Position numbers and translations under genes: made by a program | The notes under the pieces: generated by a model | Database searches by the model: none | What the model saw: the letters and a program-made list of their open reading frames with translations, nothing else | Told to the model about the DNA's origin: nothing | Source: Pseudomonadales bacterium | GTDB taxonomy: Bacteria; Pseudomonadota; Gammaproteobacteria; Pseudomonadales; Azotimanducaceae | Assembly (NCBI GenBank): GCA_007122315.1 | Contig: SKUB01000153.1 | Coordinates: 7,450 to 71,449, forward strand | Length of the DNA: 64,000 nucleotides | Direction: 5' to 3' | In this document: piece after piece, positions 28,530 through 37,686 of the stretch | How positions within the stretch are numbered: position 1 is the first letter of the stretch | Layout: each line of letters opens with the position of its first letter

Positions 28530-29600
28530 GTGATTGCGGGGCGTCAGCTGCGGCAGGAAACCGCGGTCGCCACCGCGGCCATCCTGCTGCTGTTGCTGCT
28601 GATCACCATGGCCGTACGTCTTTCCGGCTATCTGGCGGACGCCGCCTCGGGGCGACTCGACCCGGGTGTGCTCGGCTGGCTGATCCTGCTGCGGATTCCG
28701 GACTTTCTTATTTTGCTGACCCCGCTGGCGTTCTTCGTGGCATTGCTCCTGACGCTGGCCCGCTGGCGCCGGGATGCGGAGCTGGTGGTCCTGTATGCGG
28801 CCGGGCTCACGCCCGGGTGGCTGCTGCGTTGCACGCTGCTGGCCGCTCTGCCCTGGTGCCTGCTGCTGGTCCTGCTGAGCCATCACCTTGCGCCCGTCAG
28901 CAAGGCCACGCTGGCGGAATTGATGGCGCAACAGCGTGGCGTCCTCGCGCTGGGACATCTGATTCCTGGTCGCTTCCAGGTCCTCGGCGGCGCTGCGCGC
29001 GTCGCCTGGGTCGGCAGCGTGGACCCGGACGGTGGCCGCCTCGCTGACGTGTTCCTGCTGCAGCAGCATGATGCGGAACGAAGCCTCATCACCGCGCGCA
29101 GCGGGCGGCTCGAACGCAGTGCCGTCAGCGGTGCCCGCGTGCTGGCGTTGGCCGACGGTCGCCGCTATCGCATCGACAGCATCGAGCAGGCGCCTCACAG
29201 CACTGCCTTCACACGCTCACTGCAGCAGGTCGATCCGGAACCGGTTGCCACCGGCGCCGTCGAGTCGCAGCGCTTCCTCGAACTCTGGCGCGGCGCCGAC
29301 CCCGGCATGCGCGCCGAGCTGCACTGGCGTCTGCTGCTGCCGTTGCTCCCGGTGCTGCTGACCCTGGTGGCATTGCTGCTGTTCGGCCGTCCCGGTACCG
29401 CAGTGCCCGGACAGCGCTTCCTCCTGGCGGCAGGCTCGTTTCTTGGTCTGCTGCTGCTGCTGACGGCCGGGCGCGGCTTGGTGGAGACAGGCCGGCTGGA
29501 CGCCATGTGGGCACTTTGGGTGCCGCTGCTCGGGATCGCTGGCGCAGCGTTGCTGCTGTGGACCCGTGCCGGGTGGAGGCTGTGGTCGTGGCGCCGTTGA
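28530..29600 (+). CDS. lptF: LPS export ABC transporter permease LptF
   Basis: GTG start, divergent from pepA as in many gammaproteobacteria. YjgP/YjgQ-type permease (RLSGYLADAASGRLD...IPDFLILLTPLAFFVA). Confidence 0.85.
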   Translation: MIAGRQLRQETAVATAAILLLLLLITMAVRLSGYLADAASGRLDPGVLGWLILLRIPDFLILLTPLAFFVALLLTLARWRRDAELVVLYAAGLTPGWLLRCTLLAALPWCLLLVLLSHHLAPVSKATLAELMAQQRGVLALGHLIPGRFQVLGGAARVAWVGSVDPDGGRLADVFLLQQHDAERSLITARSGRLERSAVSGARVLALADGRRYRIDSIEQAPHSTAFTRSLQQVDPEPVATGAVESQRFLELWRGADPGMRAELHWRLLLPLLPVLLTLVALLLFGRPGTAVPGQRFLLAAGSFLGLLLLLTAGRGLVETGRLDAMWALWVPLLGIAGAALLLWTRAGWRLWSWRR

Positions 29601-29617
29601 GTGGCCTGCCGGATCGG

Positions 29618-30694
29618 ATGGACCGGCTCGTGATCGCGTCGGTCCTGCGGGCCGTCGTGATCGTGCTTGCGGCCTTTCTGGTACTGGACTGGACGCTGTC
29701 CCTTTTGAACGAAATGCGCGGCCGCAGCGGTGCCTATGGGTTCCGGGAAGCGCTGCTGTTCGTCGTGCTGACTTCGCCGCGACGGATCTGGGAGCTGATG
29801 CCCTTCGCAGGGCTCCTGGGGGCGCTGGCGGGTTTGTCCGTGCTGGCAGCGCGATCCGAGCTGCTGGTGATGCGCAGCGCAGGGCGATCACTTTGGCGCA
29901 TCGTGGCCGCGGCCATGCTGCCCTGCCTGATGCTCGTATTGCTTGGCGTCGTGATTGCAGAAACCGTGGCGCCGACGACGGAATCCATCGCCCAGACGCG
30001 CAAGGCGCTGGCCCGTGGCGGCGAACCGGAGCTGCGCACCCGCGCCGGCTTCTGGCACCGGGACGGGAATCGGATCACCCAGGCCCTCGCCATGGATCCT
30101 GAAGGCCATCTCATCGGTATCAGTCAGTTCGACCTCGACGCCGAGGGCCGGCTGCTCAGCTGGCGTGAGGCGCGTCGTGCGGCGCCGCTGGAAGCGCTCG
30201 GCGACGGTCGCATGCGCTGGCAGCTGGAGCAGGTCAGTACGCAGCAGTGGCGGGCGGATCGATGGCACATGACCCGGCAGGAGCACGCTGTCTGGGACAG
30301 CACGGCCACCGTCGCCGGCCTGCGTGCCGCTGCCCTGGTGGCGCCCGAACGCCTGCCGGTCTCGGAGCTCAGGCAGCGCATCGCGGGGGCAGCTGATGCG
30401 CGCGAGCAGCAGCGCCATCGGCTGGCGCTGTGGCAGCGGCTCTCCCAGCCGCTCGGCGTGGTCGTGCTGGTGCTGCTTGGCAGTGGTTTTCTCTTCGGTC
30501 CCCTGCGGGAGCGCAGTATGGGTGTTCGCCTGGCGGCGGGCGTGGCGCTGGGACTCGGTTTCCGGGTCATGCAGGACCTGCTCGGCCCAGCGAGTCTGGT
30601 CTACGGTCTGCCGCCGGTGGTGGTCGTGTTCACGCCGCTGCTGCTGGCGTTGCTGGCGGGCGGCCTGCTGCTGCGGAGGGCCGCGGCACCCTGA
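29618..30694 (+). CDS. lptG: LPS export ABC transporter permease LptG
   Basis: MDRLVIASVLRAV... is collinear with the E. coli LptG N-terminus (LDRYIGKTI) from memory. An alternative GTG at 29588 overlaps the lptF stop. Confidence 0.85.
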   Translation: MDRLVIASVLRAVVIVLAAFLVLDWTLSLLNEMRGRSGAYGFREALLFVVLTSPRRIWELMPFAGLLGALAGLSVLAARSELLVMRSAGRSLWRIVAAAMLPCLMLVLLGVVIAETVAPTTESIAQTRKALARGGEPELRTRAGFWHRDGNRITQALAMDPEGHLIGISQFDLDAEGRLLSWREARRAAPLEALGDGRMRWQLEQVSTQQWRADRWHMTRQEHAVWDSTATVAGLRAAALVAPERLPVSELRQRIAGAADAREQQRHRLALWQRLSQPLGVVVLVLLGSGFLFGPLRERSMGVRLAAGVALGLGFRVMQDLLGPASLVYGLPPVVVVFTPLLLALLAGGLLLRRAAAP

Positions 30695-30719
30695 ACGGCA
30701 GCGGGCCTGTGCTCACTGA

Positions 30720-31232
30720 TCAGCGCCGGTGAGTGAGGTCGGGATCGAGGTCCGGGGGCACAGCGACCATGCGGGTACCGGACATGCGGTCGTGCCAGGT
30801 CCTGCGCATCGGATCCAGCCACATCCAGAAGAATCCGAGCCCGCCGAGCGCCAGCGAAAGAATGGCGGTGAGGAAGCGTTTCCAGGCCTGGGTGAAATTG
30901 ATGTTGTCACCGTCGGGCGTCTGCACCCGCAGACGCCAGGCCTGCATGCCCAGCGTGCGTCCGTGGACGACCCAGAAGTAGGCAAAGAAAGCGAACACGA
31001 CTACGAGCAGCAGGCCGCCTAGCAAGGGACCACTGACGGTCTGCATGTGTTCTAAGGAGATGCTTTCAGCGTCAGCAGGAATGTCCGGGCGCGGGGCGAA
31101 CAGGTTGGCGATGCCCGCCGTGGTGAGCAGCAGGGCGACCACCAGGAGCCCATCGTAGACCAGTGCGCCGAGGCGCCGCATCAGGCCTGCCGGGGGAAGC
31201 TCTGCAAGTCGTTCGCGGACGGCGTCATCCAT
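30720..31232 (-). CDS. RDD family membrane protein
   Basis: RRLGALVYDGLLV..., GRTLGMQAWRLRV and RRTWHDRMSGTRMV are typical RDD-domain features. Confidence 0.75.
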   Translation of the reverse strand: MDDAVRERLAELPPAGLMRRLGALVYDGLLVVALLLTTAGIANLFAPRPDIPADAESISLEHMQTVSGPLLGGLLLVVVFAFFAYFWVVHGRTLGMQAWRLRVQTPDGDNINFTQAWKRFLTAILSLALGGLGFFWMWLDPMRRTWHDRMSGTRMVAVPPDLDPDLTHRR

Positions 31233-31270
31233 GGCGCCAGTCTAACCCGGAAAGCAGTCCGGCCAGTGGC

Positions 31271-31576
31271 TCAGGCCGGTTCGGATTTTTCCAACCCCAG
31301 GGCTGCGCGCCAGGGTTCAGGAATCTCGCGGTCCACCGGCTGGGGCAGGTCGCGCAGGAGCTGGCGTCGGATGCGAATCTCCTTGCGGCAGGAAACGACG
31401 AGGTACTCCTCGTCCGGGTCCGCGCGTTCCAGCAGCCGATTGAGCCGGCGCTGGTAGTCGAGGATCTCCCGCAGCAGGCGGATGCTCGCCCGCCGAACGG
31501 CGATCTCGTTGGGGTCCCTGAAACCCGGCAGGTCGGGCTCAGGGGCGCGGCTCGGGGAGGATGTGTTCCGGGCCAT
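31271..31576 (-). CDS. Arg-rich helical hypothetical protein
   Basis: A 101-aa ORF, 38 nt upstream of the RDD gene on the same strand. A good promoter-like element lies upstream. I recognise no motif. Confidence 0.45.
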   Translation of the reverse strand: MARNTSSPSRAPEPDLPGFRDPNEIAVRRASIRLLREILDYQRRLNRLLERADPDEEYLVVSCRKEIRIRRQLLRDLPQPVDREIPEPWRAALGLEKSEPA

Positions 31577-31618
31577 GGTTACGCTCCGTCGTGGCGGGTG
31601 CTGCCCGCATCGTCATTT

Positions 31619-31647
31619 ATAGTAGGTTGCGTTTCGTTTTGAATCAA
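31619..31647 (-). promoter_or_regulatory. sigma70-like promoter TTGATT-N17-TACTAT for the 31576 gene
   Basis: The minus strand reads TTGATT (31647-31642), a 17-nt spacer, then TACTAT (31624-19). It sits inside a 100-nt stretch (31611-31710) with 36 G+C by hand count. Confidence 0.3.
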
Positions 31648-31840
31648 TAGCATGAGGATAGATCGGTAGATTGATGTTTGCTATGAATTTTTTGTTTCGT
31701 TGCTTATGGCTGCATGGCCCCCTGCCGGGCCGATGCGATTGCGCCTGATTTGGTGGCGATCACACCCTTGGACAATATGGCCTGCTAAAGTTACGCCGGT
31801 TACCGAACCATCCATCGAAAATCAGAAAGGGAGAACACGC

Positions 31841-32230
31841 ATGCAGGTTCGTCATGTACTTCGGTCGCTGCTGGTGGTCGTACTGTCGGTGCAACTCGTG
31901 ACCCTCGGCGGGATACACGCAGCCCAGGCCGGCATGGTGCGCACGGACGAATACGCAGCAGTGGAGGAACGGGAGCAGCAGCTCGGACGGGTCCAGGATT
32001 TTCTGGCGGAAGAGCGGGTTCAGGCCCAGCTTGAAGCGCTGGGCGTCGACCCGGAGCAGGCCGCGGAGCGGGTCGCTGCGTTGACCGATGCCGAGCTCGC
32101 CCAGCTTGACCAGCAGCTTGACGACCTGCCTGCAGGTGGCAGCAGCGTCCTCACCGTACTTGGGATCATGTTCGTGGTGCTGCTGGTGCTCGAGTTGCTC
32201 GGAATCACCAACATCTTCGTCGCGATCTGA
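31841..32230 (+). CDS. small secreted acidic protein with C-terminal GG + hydrophobic helix (PA2779-family-like)
   Basis: AGGGAGA lies upstream of ATG 31841. The signal peptide ends at AQA. An acidic helical core is followed by DDLPAGG (GG codons 32135-32140) and SSVLTVLGIMFVVLLVLELLGITNIFVAI. It resembles what NCBI names the PA2779 family, from memory. Confidence 0.6.
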   Translation: MQVRHVLRSLLVVVLSVQLVTLGGIHAAQAGMVRTDEYAAVEEREQQLGRVQDFLAEERVQAQLEALGVDPEQAAERVAALTDAELAQLDQQLDDLPAGGSSVLTVLGIMFVVLLVLELLGITNIFVAI

Positions 32231-33148
32231 TCAACGGCAGGCGTCCGTCGCCGCCTCGGCCTCGCTGCGGGTGGCGTCGAGCGCCTCCTGCAGACGGGCC
32301 GGAGCGGGATCGGGGACGAAGTCCAGCACATCCAGTGCTTCCCGACGACAACCGCGTGCTAGCAGCAGGCGCGCCAGGTTGTTGCTGGCGGCTGCGTCAC
32401 CGGGTCGCTGCTCGAGCAGCTTGCGAAAAGCTTCTTCGGCGGCGCTGACCTCGCCGGCCGCCGCGAGGCTGTTCGCCTTGCCGAACAGGGCCACGGCATC
32501 GGTTGGGCGTGCGTCGAGCCAGGCCCGGTAGCCGGTTGCTGCAGCGGTCAAGTGGCCACTGCGCTCCAGATCAGCCAGGGAGGCGAGGTAACGCTGCCGG
32601 TCTGGTGCCGCGGGTAACTCGCCCGGGGTCAAGGCGACCATGGCCCACGATTCGGCCATGCGCCAGCTCAGCATGAACGCACGCAAGGACATCTCCTGTC
32701 TCTCCGTGGTCCCCGAGCGCAACAGCATGCGTCCGCGATCCGGATCGAAGCCGATCACCACCGCGAAATGCCACACCGGCCATCGCGGCGTGCCCAGGTT
32801 CTGCATGACCAGAACCGGTCGGTCTTGTGTCAGTTCGGCGATCACGGCATCCAAGCTTGGTGGCAGGACGTAGGCCACGCGCCCATGGCGACGGGTGGTG
32901 GCCACCAGCTCGAGCTGCAGGCTGCCCTGACGGCCGGGCAGCCAGACCTGATCCACCAGGGCGTCGGGACTCACGTTCACGCCACTGCTCTCGAGCACCG
33001 TAGCGAGGGCGGCAGGCCCGCACTGATACTGTTCCTGGGGATGAAAGGGCGTTGCCGTGAGCTCCACGCCGCTGTCCGGCAGTTCAGGCAGGGGCGGGGC
33101 GCCGGCGCAGCCGGCGAGCAGCGCGGCGATCATCAGTAGACGCAGCAT
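32231..33148 (-). CDS. C39-like cysteine peptidase lipoprotein with TPR tail (PA2778-family-like)
   Basis: Lipobox LLAGC. C39-type motifs are QEQYQCGPAALATVL (Cys codon 33020-33022) and WHFAVVIGFD. The C-terminal TPR-like repeats include NSLAAAGEVSAAEEAFRKLLEQRP. Confidence 0.75.
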   Translation of the reverse strand: MLRLLMIAALLAGCAGAPPLPELPDSGVELTATPFHPQEQYQCGPAALATVLESSGVNVSPDALVDQVWLPGRQGSLQLELVATTRRHGRVAYVLPPSLDAVIAELTQDRPVLVMQNLGTPRWPVWHFAVVIGFDPDRGRMLLRSGTTERQEMSLRAFMLSWRMAESWAMVALTPGELPAAPDRQRYLASLADLERSGHLTAAATGYRAWLDARPTDAVALFGKANSLAAAGEVSAAEEAFRKLLEQRPGDAAASNNLARLLLARGCRREALDVLDFVPDPAPARLQEALDATRSEAEAATDACR

Positions 33149-33210
33149 GTCGACTCCCGGTTCTGGAAGGTGGAGTCTAACGTTGCAGTGATGGCAAGGG
33201 AGAGTGCGTC

Positions 33211-34467
33211 TTGAGCCGTGTGACAACCGGGATTCTGGTGGTGGTCGGGGGGCTGGCAGTGCTGACGGTGGTGCTGCTGGCCTGGCTGTTCGATCCCCGT
33301 TTGCCCGCGGGTCTGGTGGGTCAGGATCTGGACGGCAGCGGCACCTTGTCACGAGAGCAGGCTGGACCTTTGCTGCGGCGGGACTTCGACGCCATCGACC
33401 GCGATGGCTCCGGTGAACTTGAAGGCCGGGAGCTGCGCCGGCACGTGATCGTCGACGCTCTGTCCCGGCGCAGCCGCTCTCTGCCTGTGCCTGCCTTTCC
33501 CGCGGTTCGCGACGCATCCGGGCTCCGGGCCTGGCTCGAACGCCCCGTGGATGAGGGACGACTGCGTGGCGTTGGCCTGATCGTCCTGCGTCATGGTGAA
33601 CCGGTGTTCGAGCACAGCGTCGGCGAGATCGACTCGAGCGCAGCACATCCCCTTGGAACGGCCTCCATGTGGCCGACTGCGCTCATGATGGGATGCCTCG
33701 AAGAGCGTGGGGTGATGGATCTCAGCGCGCCGCTGGAGGCATTGGATCCGAGCCTGCCGCCCGGCTGGGCGCCGATGACCCCGCTGGAATTGCTGTCCCA
33801 CACCGCCGGAGCGCCGGCCGTCGCGGGTGCGGACTTCCCGCCCGAGACGAATCTCGAAACCGCGGCCCGGGCCCTGATGGTCCGCTACCCGCCGGAACCG
33901 CCCGGACGTGCGTTTCGTTTCGGCGCGGCCGGGCTACAGGTGCTCGGCTGGCTCGCTGAAGCAAGCGCGGACCGACCCTGGAGGCGGCTGTTCGTGGAGT
34001 GCCTGGGTTGGCCCATGTCCCTGGACAGCGCGGCGTGGGGCCATCCCGTCACCGGCCCGCGCAGCCAGGGATTTCTCAGTCCGGGTCTCGGTCTGCAGCT
34101 GAGCATGGAGGATTACAGTCGCATCCTGGCCATGGTGCAGCAGTCAGGACGCTTCGCTGGCGTCGGGATCATCGGTGAGGACACCCTGGCGCGTCTCGAA
34201 CAGGAGCGCAGCGGCAGATTGCCGAGTATGGAGCAGCCGCGCTGGGCGGCTCCCGAGTGGGGCTACGCAGCGGGCGCCTGGTGCGAGTCCAGTGACGAAG
34301 AGGGCCGCTGCCGGCGATTCATCGCGCCCGGCAGCTACGGCATGCTGTCTTGGCTCGATCGCGATCAGGGTCTCGCAGGAGTACTGGTCACGCTGGACAG
34401 TCCTGCCCGGGTCTGGGACTGGCTGCTCGCGACCCGAGCCCTCGCCGAACAGACCCACTTCGACTGA
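33211..34467 (+). CDS. membrane-anchored EF-hand pair fused to beta-lactamase-fold serine-hydrolase-like domain
   Basis: TTG start and an N-terminal TM. The EF-hand loops are DLDGSGTLSREQ and DRDGSGELEGRE. The beta-lactamase/transpeptidase-like region (LIVLRHGEPVFEHSVG...PLGTASMWPTALMMGCLEERGVMDLSAPL) has SMWP where SxxK is expected. Confidence 0.6.
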   Translation: MSRVTTGILVVVGGLAVLTVVLLAWLFDPRLPAGLVGQDLDGSGTLSREQAGPLLRRDFDAIDRDGSGELEGRELRRHVIVDALSRRSRSLPVPAFPAVRDASGLRAWLERPVDEGRLRGVGLIVLRHGEPVFEHSVGEIDSSAAHPLGTASMWPTALMMGCLEERGVMDLSAPLEALDPSLPPGWAPMTPLELLSHTAGAPAVAGADFPPETNLETAARALMVRYPPEPPGRAFRFGAAGLQVLGWLAEASADRPWRRLFVECLGWPMSLDSAAWGHPVTGPRSQGFLSPGLGLQLSMEDYSRILAMVQQSGRFAGVGIIGEDTLARLEQERSGRLPSMEQPRWAAPEWGYAAGAWCESSDEEGRCRRFIAPGSYGMLSWLDRDQGLAGVLVTLDSPARVWDWLLATRALAEQTHFD

Positions 34468-34489
34468 GCCGGCCCCGCGCAGGGGTGAA

Positions 34490-34822
34490 TCAGGGCGCCT
34501 GTTGCCAGCGGCCGTTGGGCAGACGTACCCAGTGGCCGCTGCGGGTGCGCTCGATGGCACGCTTGCCTGCAAGCTGTTCCACCTGCTCGAGGGGGACGCC
34601 GTTGCGGGCTGAGATGCGCTCGTACTCGTCCCGCCGGCGCAGATTCACGGACTCCACCAGTTCGCGGACCTCGCGGCTGCCCGGCGTTGCGACGATGCCG
34701 AGGTAGCCGCTGGCCTGTTCGCCCACCAGTCCCTGATCCTTGGCGGTATCCAGCGAGAGGGCCCAGGCCGGGAGGGCGGCCAGCAAGAGCAGACCGAGGA
34801 CGTAGCTGAGGGAGATGCGCAT
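34490..34822 (-). CDS. ydbL: YdbL family periplasmic protein (DUF1318)
   Basis: Signal peptide, GLVGEQASGYLG and NLRRRDEYERIS motifs, and its position as the last gene after ydbH-ynbE. Confidence 0.75.
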   Translation of the reverse strand: MRISLSYVLGLLLLAALPAWALSLDTAKDQGLVGEQASGYLGIVATPGSREVRELVESVNLRRRDEYERISARNGVPLEQVEQLAGKRAIERTRSGHWVRLPNGRWQQAP

Positions 34823-34824
34823 GG

Positions 34825-35037
34825 TCAGAACACTCCGCTGTCGCTGAACAGGTCATCGAGCTCACGCTCGACCCGGACGCGAATATCGTGCTGGATGTTG
34901 ACGTTGAGATTGATCGTGATCGGGTCGTCGGCCGCCACCCGCACCGTGGGCGTGCAGGCCGCCAGGGCCAGGACGACTGCGAGCAGGGTCGCCCGCAACG
35001 GGACGTTGTGCAGTTGCGCTTTATCCGTTCTGTTCAT
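34825..35037 (-). CDS. ynbE: YnbE family lipoprotein
   Basis: About 70 aa. Lipobox LALAAC followed by TPTVRV...PITINLNVNI. It lies between ydbH and ydbL with 2-nt and 54-nt gaps. Confidence 0.7.
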   Translation of the reverse strand: MNRTDKAQLHNVPLRATLLAVVLALAACTPTVRVAADDPITINLNVNIQHDIRVRVERELDDLFSDSGVF

Positions 35038-35091
35038 GGCGGTCAGCGTCCCTTGGGGAACATGCGTCCACAATCCGCCTAAAGCGGTGAA

Positions 35092-37578
35092 TCACGGCTG
35101 AACGCGGCGCAGCCGCCGTTCGATGTCCTGCTCGACCTTTCCGGACAATTGCAGACTCTGCAGCAGCTGCAGCAGGTTTTGCGTCACGTTCAGATTCAGC
35201 TGGATCGGACGTCCGCCCTCGATTTCAGGATTTGATCCGAGCAGATCCACCGCGAACGTGAGGGTGCCATCGTCTGCATAGTCCACCCGGCTGGCCAGAC
35301 GCTCGTAGCGCAGGTCACGTACGGCCCGGAGCGCAAGCCGCAGGGCGGGCTGCTCGATCCCTGCCAGCATGTCACTTGCGACCGCGTAGGCGAGCACGCC
35401 GCCGGGCGCCCTGGCCGTGAGCCAGCCCTGCTCCAGAGCAGGCTGCCAATCCCTGAGGCGCACGGGCAGGCTGCCGTCCAGGGTTCCGCGGCCGTTGAGA
35501 GCCGGATCCTGCATGAGCCCGAGCAGCGCGCCGAGATCGATTCCGGTGACTGCCAGCGGAAGATAGCCTGTGCCGCTGGTCACGTTCAGCTCGCCCTGCG
35601 GCATTCGCACCTCGCCGCCGAGCAGAGAGGCATGGCACTCGGAGAGGCCAAGCAGGTCGTCGGCGCTGTGATCGAAGGTGCAGCGCAAGTCCGAGACCGG
35701 CACGCCGAGATCGGCGTAGCGCAATCGAGCCGTACCCGCGTAGGCCAGTTGTGCTGGCTCTCCGCGGACGCGCAGCGCCACGTCGAGTGCGCGCCCTCGC
35801 AGTTCATCCCGTGCCAGACGCTCGATTTCCAGATCTGCATCGAGGTTCAGGGCTCCGGGGCGCCATGGGTCGAGGGCCAGGGCCAGGTTTCCGGAACCGG
35901 TCAGGCGCCCGCGTTCGAGCAGCACAGCACCGCTGCCGCCGGTGGCTGCGACCACTTGAATTTGTTCGAACGCAGCCTGGAGCGCGGTGACATCAAGCCG
36001 GTCTGCGGCCAGTGTCAGGTCTGCGCTGCCGCTGGCGCCGCGCAGGCGCATGGGATTCGCATCCAGGCCGACGTTGCGCCACTGCGGCGCCAGTTCGCCT
36101 GTGAGTTCACCCGCAGCCGATCGTCGACCCTGGCCGCTGAAGTCGATGTGCCCGGAGCGAAGTGCGAATCCCTCGGGCAGCATCCCCGTGACCAGGTCGT
36201 TTCCGGCCAGCGGCAATTCCGCCGCCTCGATCCGGACGCTGACGCTGTGGTCCGGATCGACGGTAGCGCGGCCCGTCAGGACCATTCGCTCGGGGTCGGT
36301 GACGGCGAGGTGCAATTGGGCCGGACTCAGCAGCGTGGCCGGGGCGGCGACCCGGATCGTCTCCGCGGCCTCGAGAGTTGCGGCGGCGAGCGCCCACTGT
36401 CCATGTCGCAGCGTATGCAACTCGATGCGCGCACCCGCTGCCATCGCCAGGGCCCGCGTCGGCAGGGATGCGACCACCGGTGCTGCCAGGGTGAATGCGC
36501 TACCACCCTCGGGCCATGCGGCCGACCCCAGGCCATCGACACGGCCGAGAAGATCGCCGGTAGGGTTGCCGTGCCAATCCGACAGCTCGAAGCGGCCCTT
36601 AAGTGATGTCTGGGCACGGTGAACCGCGAGATCGACGATCAGTGTGCCTTCGGTCGCGAGGTGGTCGCCGGCAGTCAGCGCCAGTGTCAACGGTGCGTCC
36701 AGCGCCAGGGTCAGATCGATCTCGCTGGCCTCGACAAGCAGCCCCAACGTACCGCTGGATGCGGGGTCCAGGGTGAGCGTGGGCACCGGGTCCATGTGTG
36801 CGTCCAGAGTGAGATCCAGCGCGCCGCGGGGCCATGGTTCCGGCACACCGAACCACTCAGCGAGCCGCGCCGCGTGCACCTGCGTTCGCCCGCGGAACAT
36901 CGGTCCGCGCTCTGTTGCGAGCATCGTCCCCCCCGCTTCCAGCACCGGCGGTGCGCCAGTGGCGTCGCTGATGCTCAGCGTGACCCGGTCCGCGGCATCT
37001 GCCGACGCACTGAGGACCATGGGAGCCGGCAGCCGGGCGTTCCTCAGCATGCCGACGAAGCGTCCCTCTGAGCGTGTCACCCGCAGGGAACCCGTCGCCG
37101 TCAGCTGTTCGCCGCCCGCCGTGGCCGACACGTGCAGATGGCGGACGTCGAGCTGTTGCATGGGCAATGCGGCCAGCACGGGCCCTGGCTCGAGGGAAGT
37201 CACGGCGCGCTGGCGCAGCTCCGGATCGTCCTGCTCCCGCGCGGGCATGAGCTTCACGTCGAGGGTGTCGATCCCGACGCTGCGCAATCCGTTTCGCCAC
37301 AGTTCCAGCGGCGAGTCCCAGGCCACTGTGATCCGGCGCGCCTGCAGCGAAACGCCGCCTTCGGCAGCCACCACTTCGATAACTGCGATGTGGAGCCCCT
37401 GCTGCCCTGGGCGCCGGGTTTCGAGTCGCCGCAGCTCATAGCCTCGGGCCTCGAGTACGGGGCCCGCGATCCAGGGCGCGAGACTCGGAAACCCGATCCA
37501 GGTCACCACCGTCAGCAGAGTGACCGTGGCCGCGATGGCGATCATCGCCACGGTGGCGACGCGCAGGCTGCGCAGCAC
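35092..37578 (-). CDS. ydbH: YdbH-like AsmA-family intermembrane protein
   Basis: 828 aa with an N-terminal TM anchor, and long, beta-rich, Ala/Leu/Gly-rich. The C-terminal ...YADDGTLTFAVDLLGSNPEIEGGRPIQLNLNVTQN resembles the YdbH/dicarboxylate-transport domain. It has ydbH-ynbE-ydbL synteny. Confidence 0.75.
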   Translation of the reverse strand: MLRSLRVATVAMIAIAATVTLLTVVTWIGFPSLAPWIAGPVLEARGYELRRLETRRPGQQGLHIAVIEVVAAEGGVSLQARRITVAWDSPLELWRNGLRSVGIDTLDVKLMPAREQDDPELRQRAVTSLEPGPVLAALPMQQLDVRHLHVSATAGGEQLTATGSLRVTRSEGRFVGMLRNARLPAPMVLSASADAADRVTLSISDATGAPPVLEAGGTMLATERGPMFRGRTQVHAARLAEWFGVPEPWPRGALDLTLDAHMDPVPTLTLDPASSGTLGLLVEASEIDLTLALDAPLTLALTAGDHLATEGTLIVDLAVHRAQTSLKGRFELSDWHGNPTGDLLGRVDGLGSAAWPEGGSAFTLAAPVVASLPTRALAMAAGARIELHTLRHGQWALAAATLEAAETIRVAAPATLLSPAQLHLAVTDPERMVLTGRATVDPDHSVSVRIEAAELPLAGNDLVTGMLPEGFALRSGHIDFSGQGRRSAAGELTGELAPQWRNVGLDANPMRLRGASGSADLTLAADRLDVTALQAAFEQIQVVAATGGSGAVLLERGRLTGSGNLALALDPWRPGALNLDADLEIERLARDELRGRALDVALRVRGEPAQLAYAGTARLRYADLGVPVSDLRCTFDHSADDLLGLSECHASLLGGEVRMPQGELNVTSGTGYLPLAVTGIDLGALLGLMQDPALNGRGTLDGSLPVRLRDWQPALEQGWLTARAPGGVLAYAVASDMLAGIEQPALRLALRAVRDLRYERLASRVDYADDGTLTFAVDLLGSNPEIEGGRPIQLNLNVTQNLLQLLQSLQLSGKVEQDIERRLRRVQP

Positions 37579-37686
37579 GCTTCGTCAGCTCCCAGAGCTG
37601 TGGGCCAATGCATGCAAGCTGCCGGCTGCACGCTGTACCGGGCCTGAAATCGTCGCCTTTTCGCGTATCTTTCGGCGTCTTCGGCC

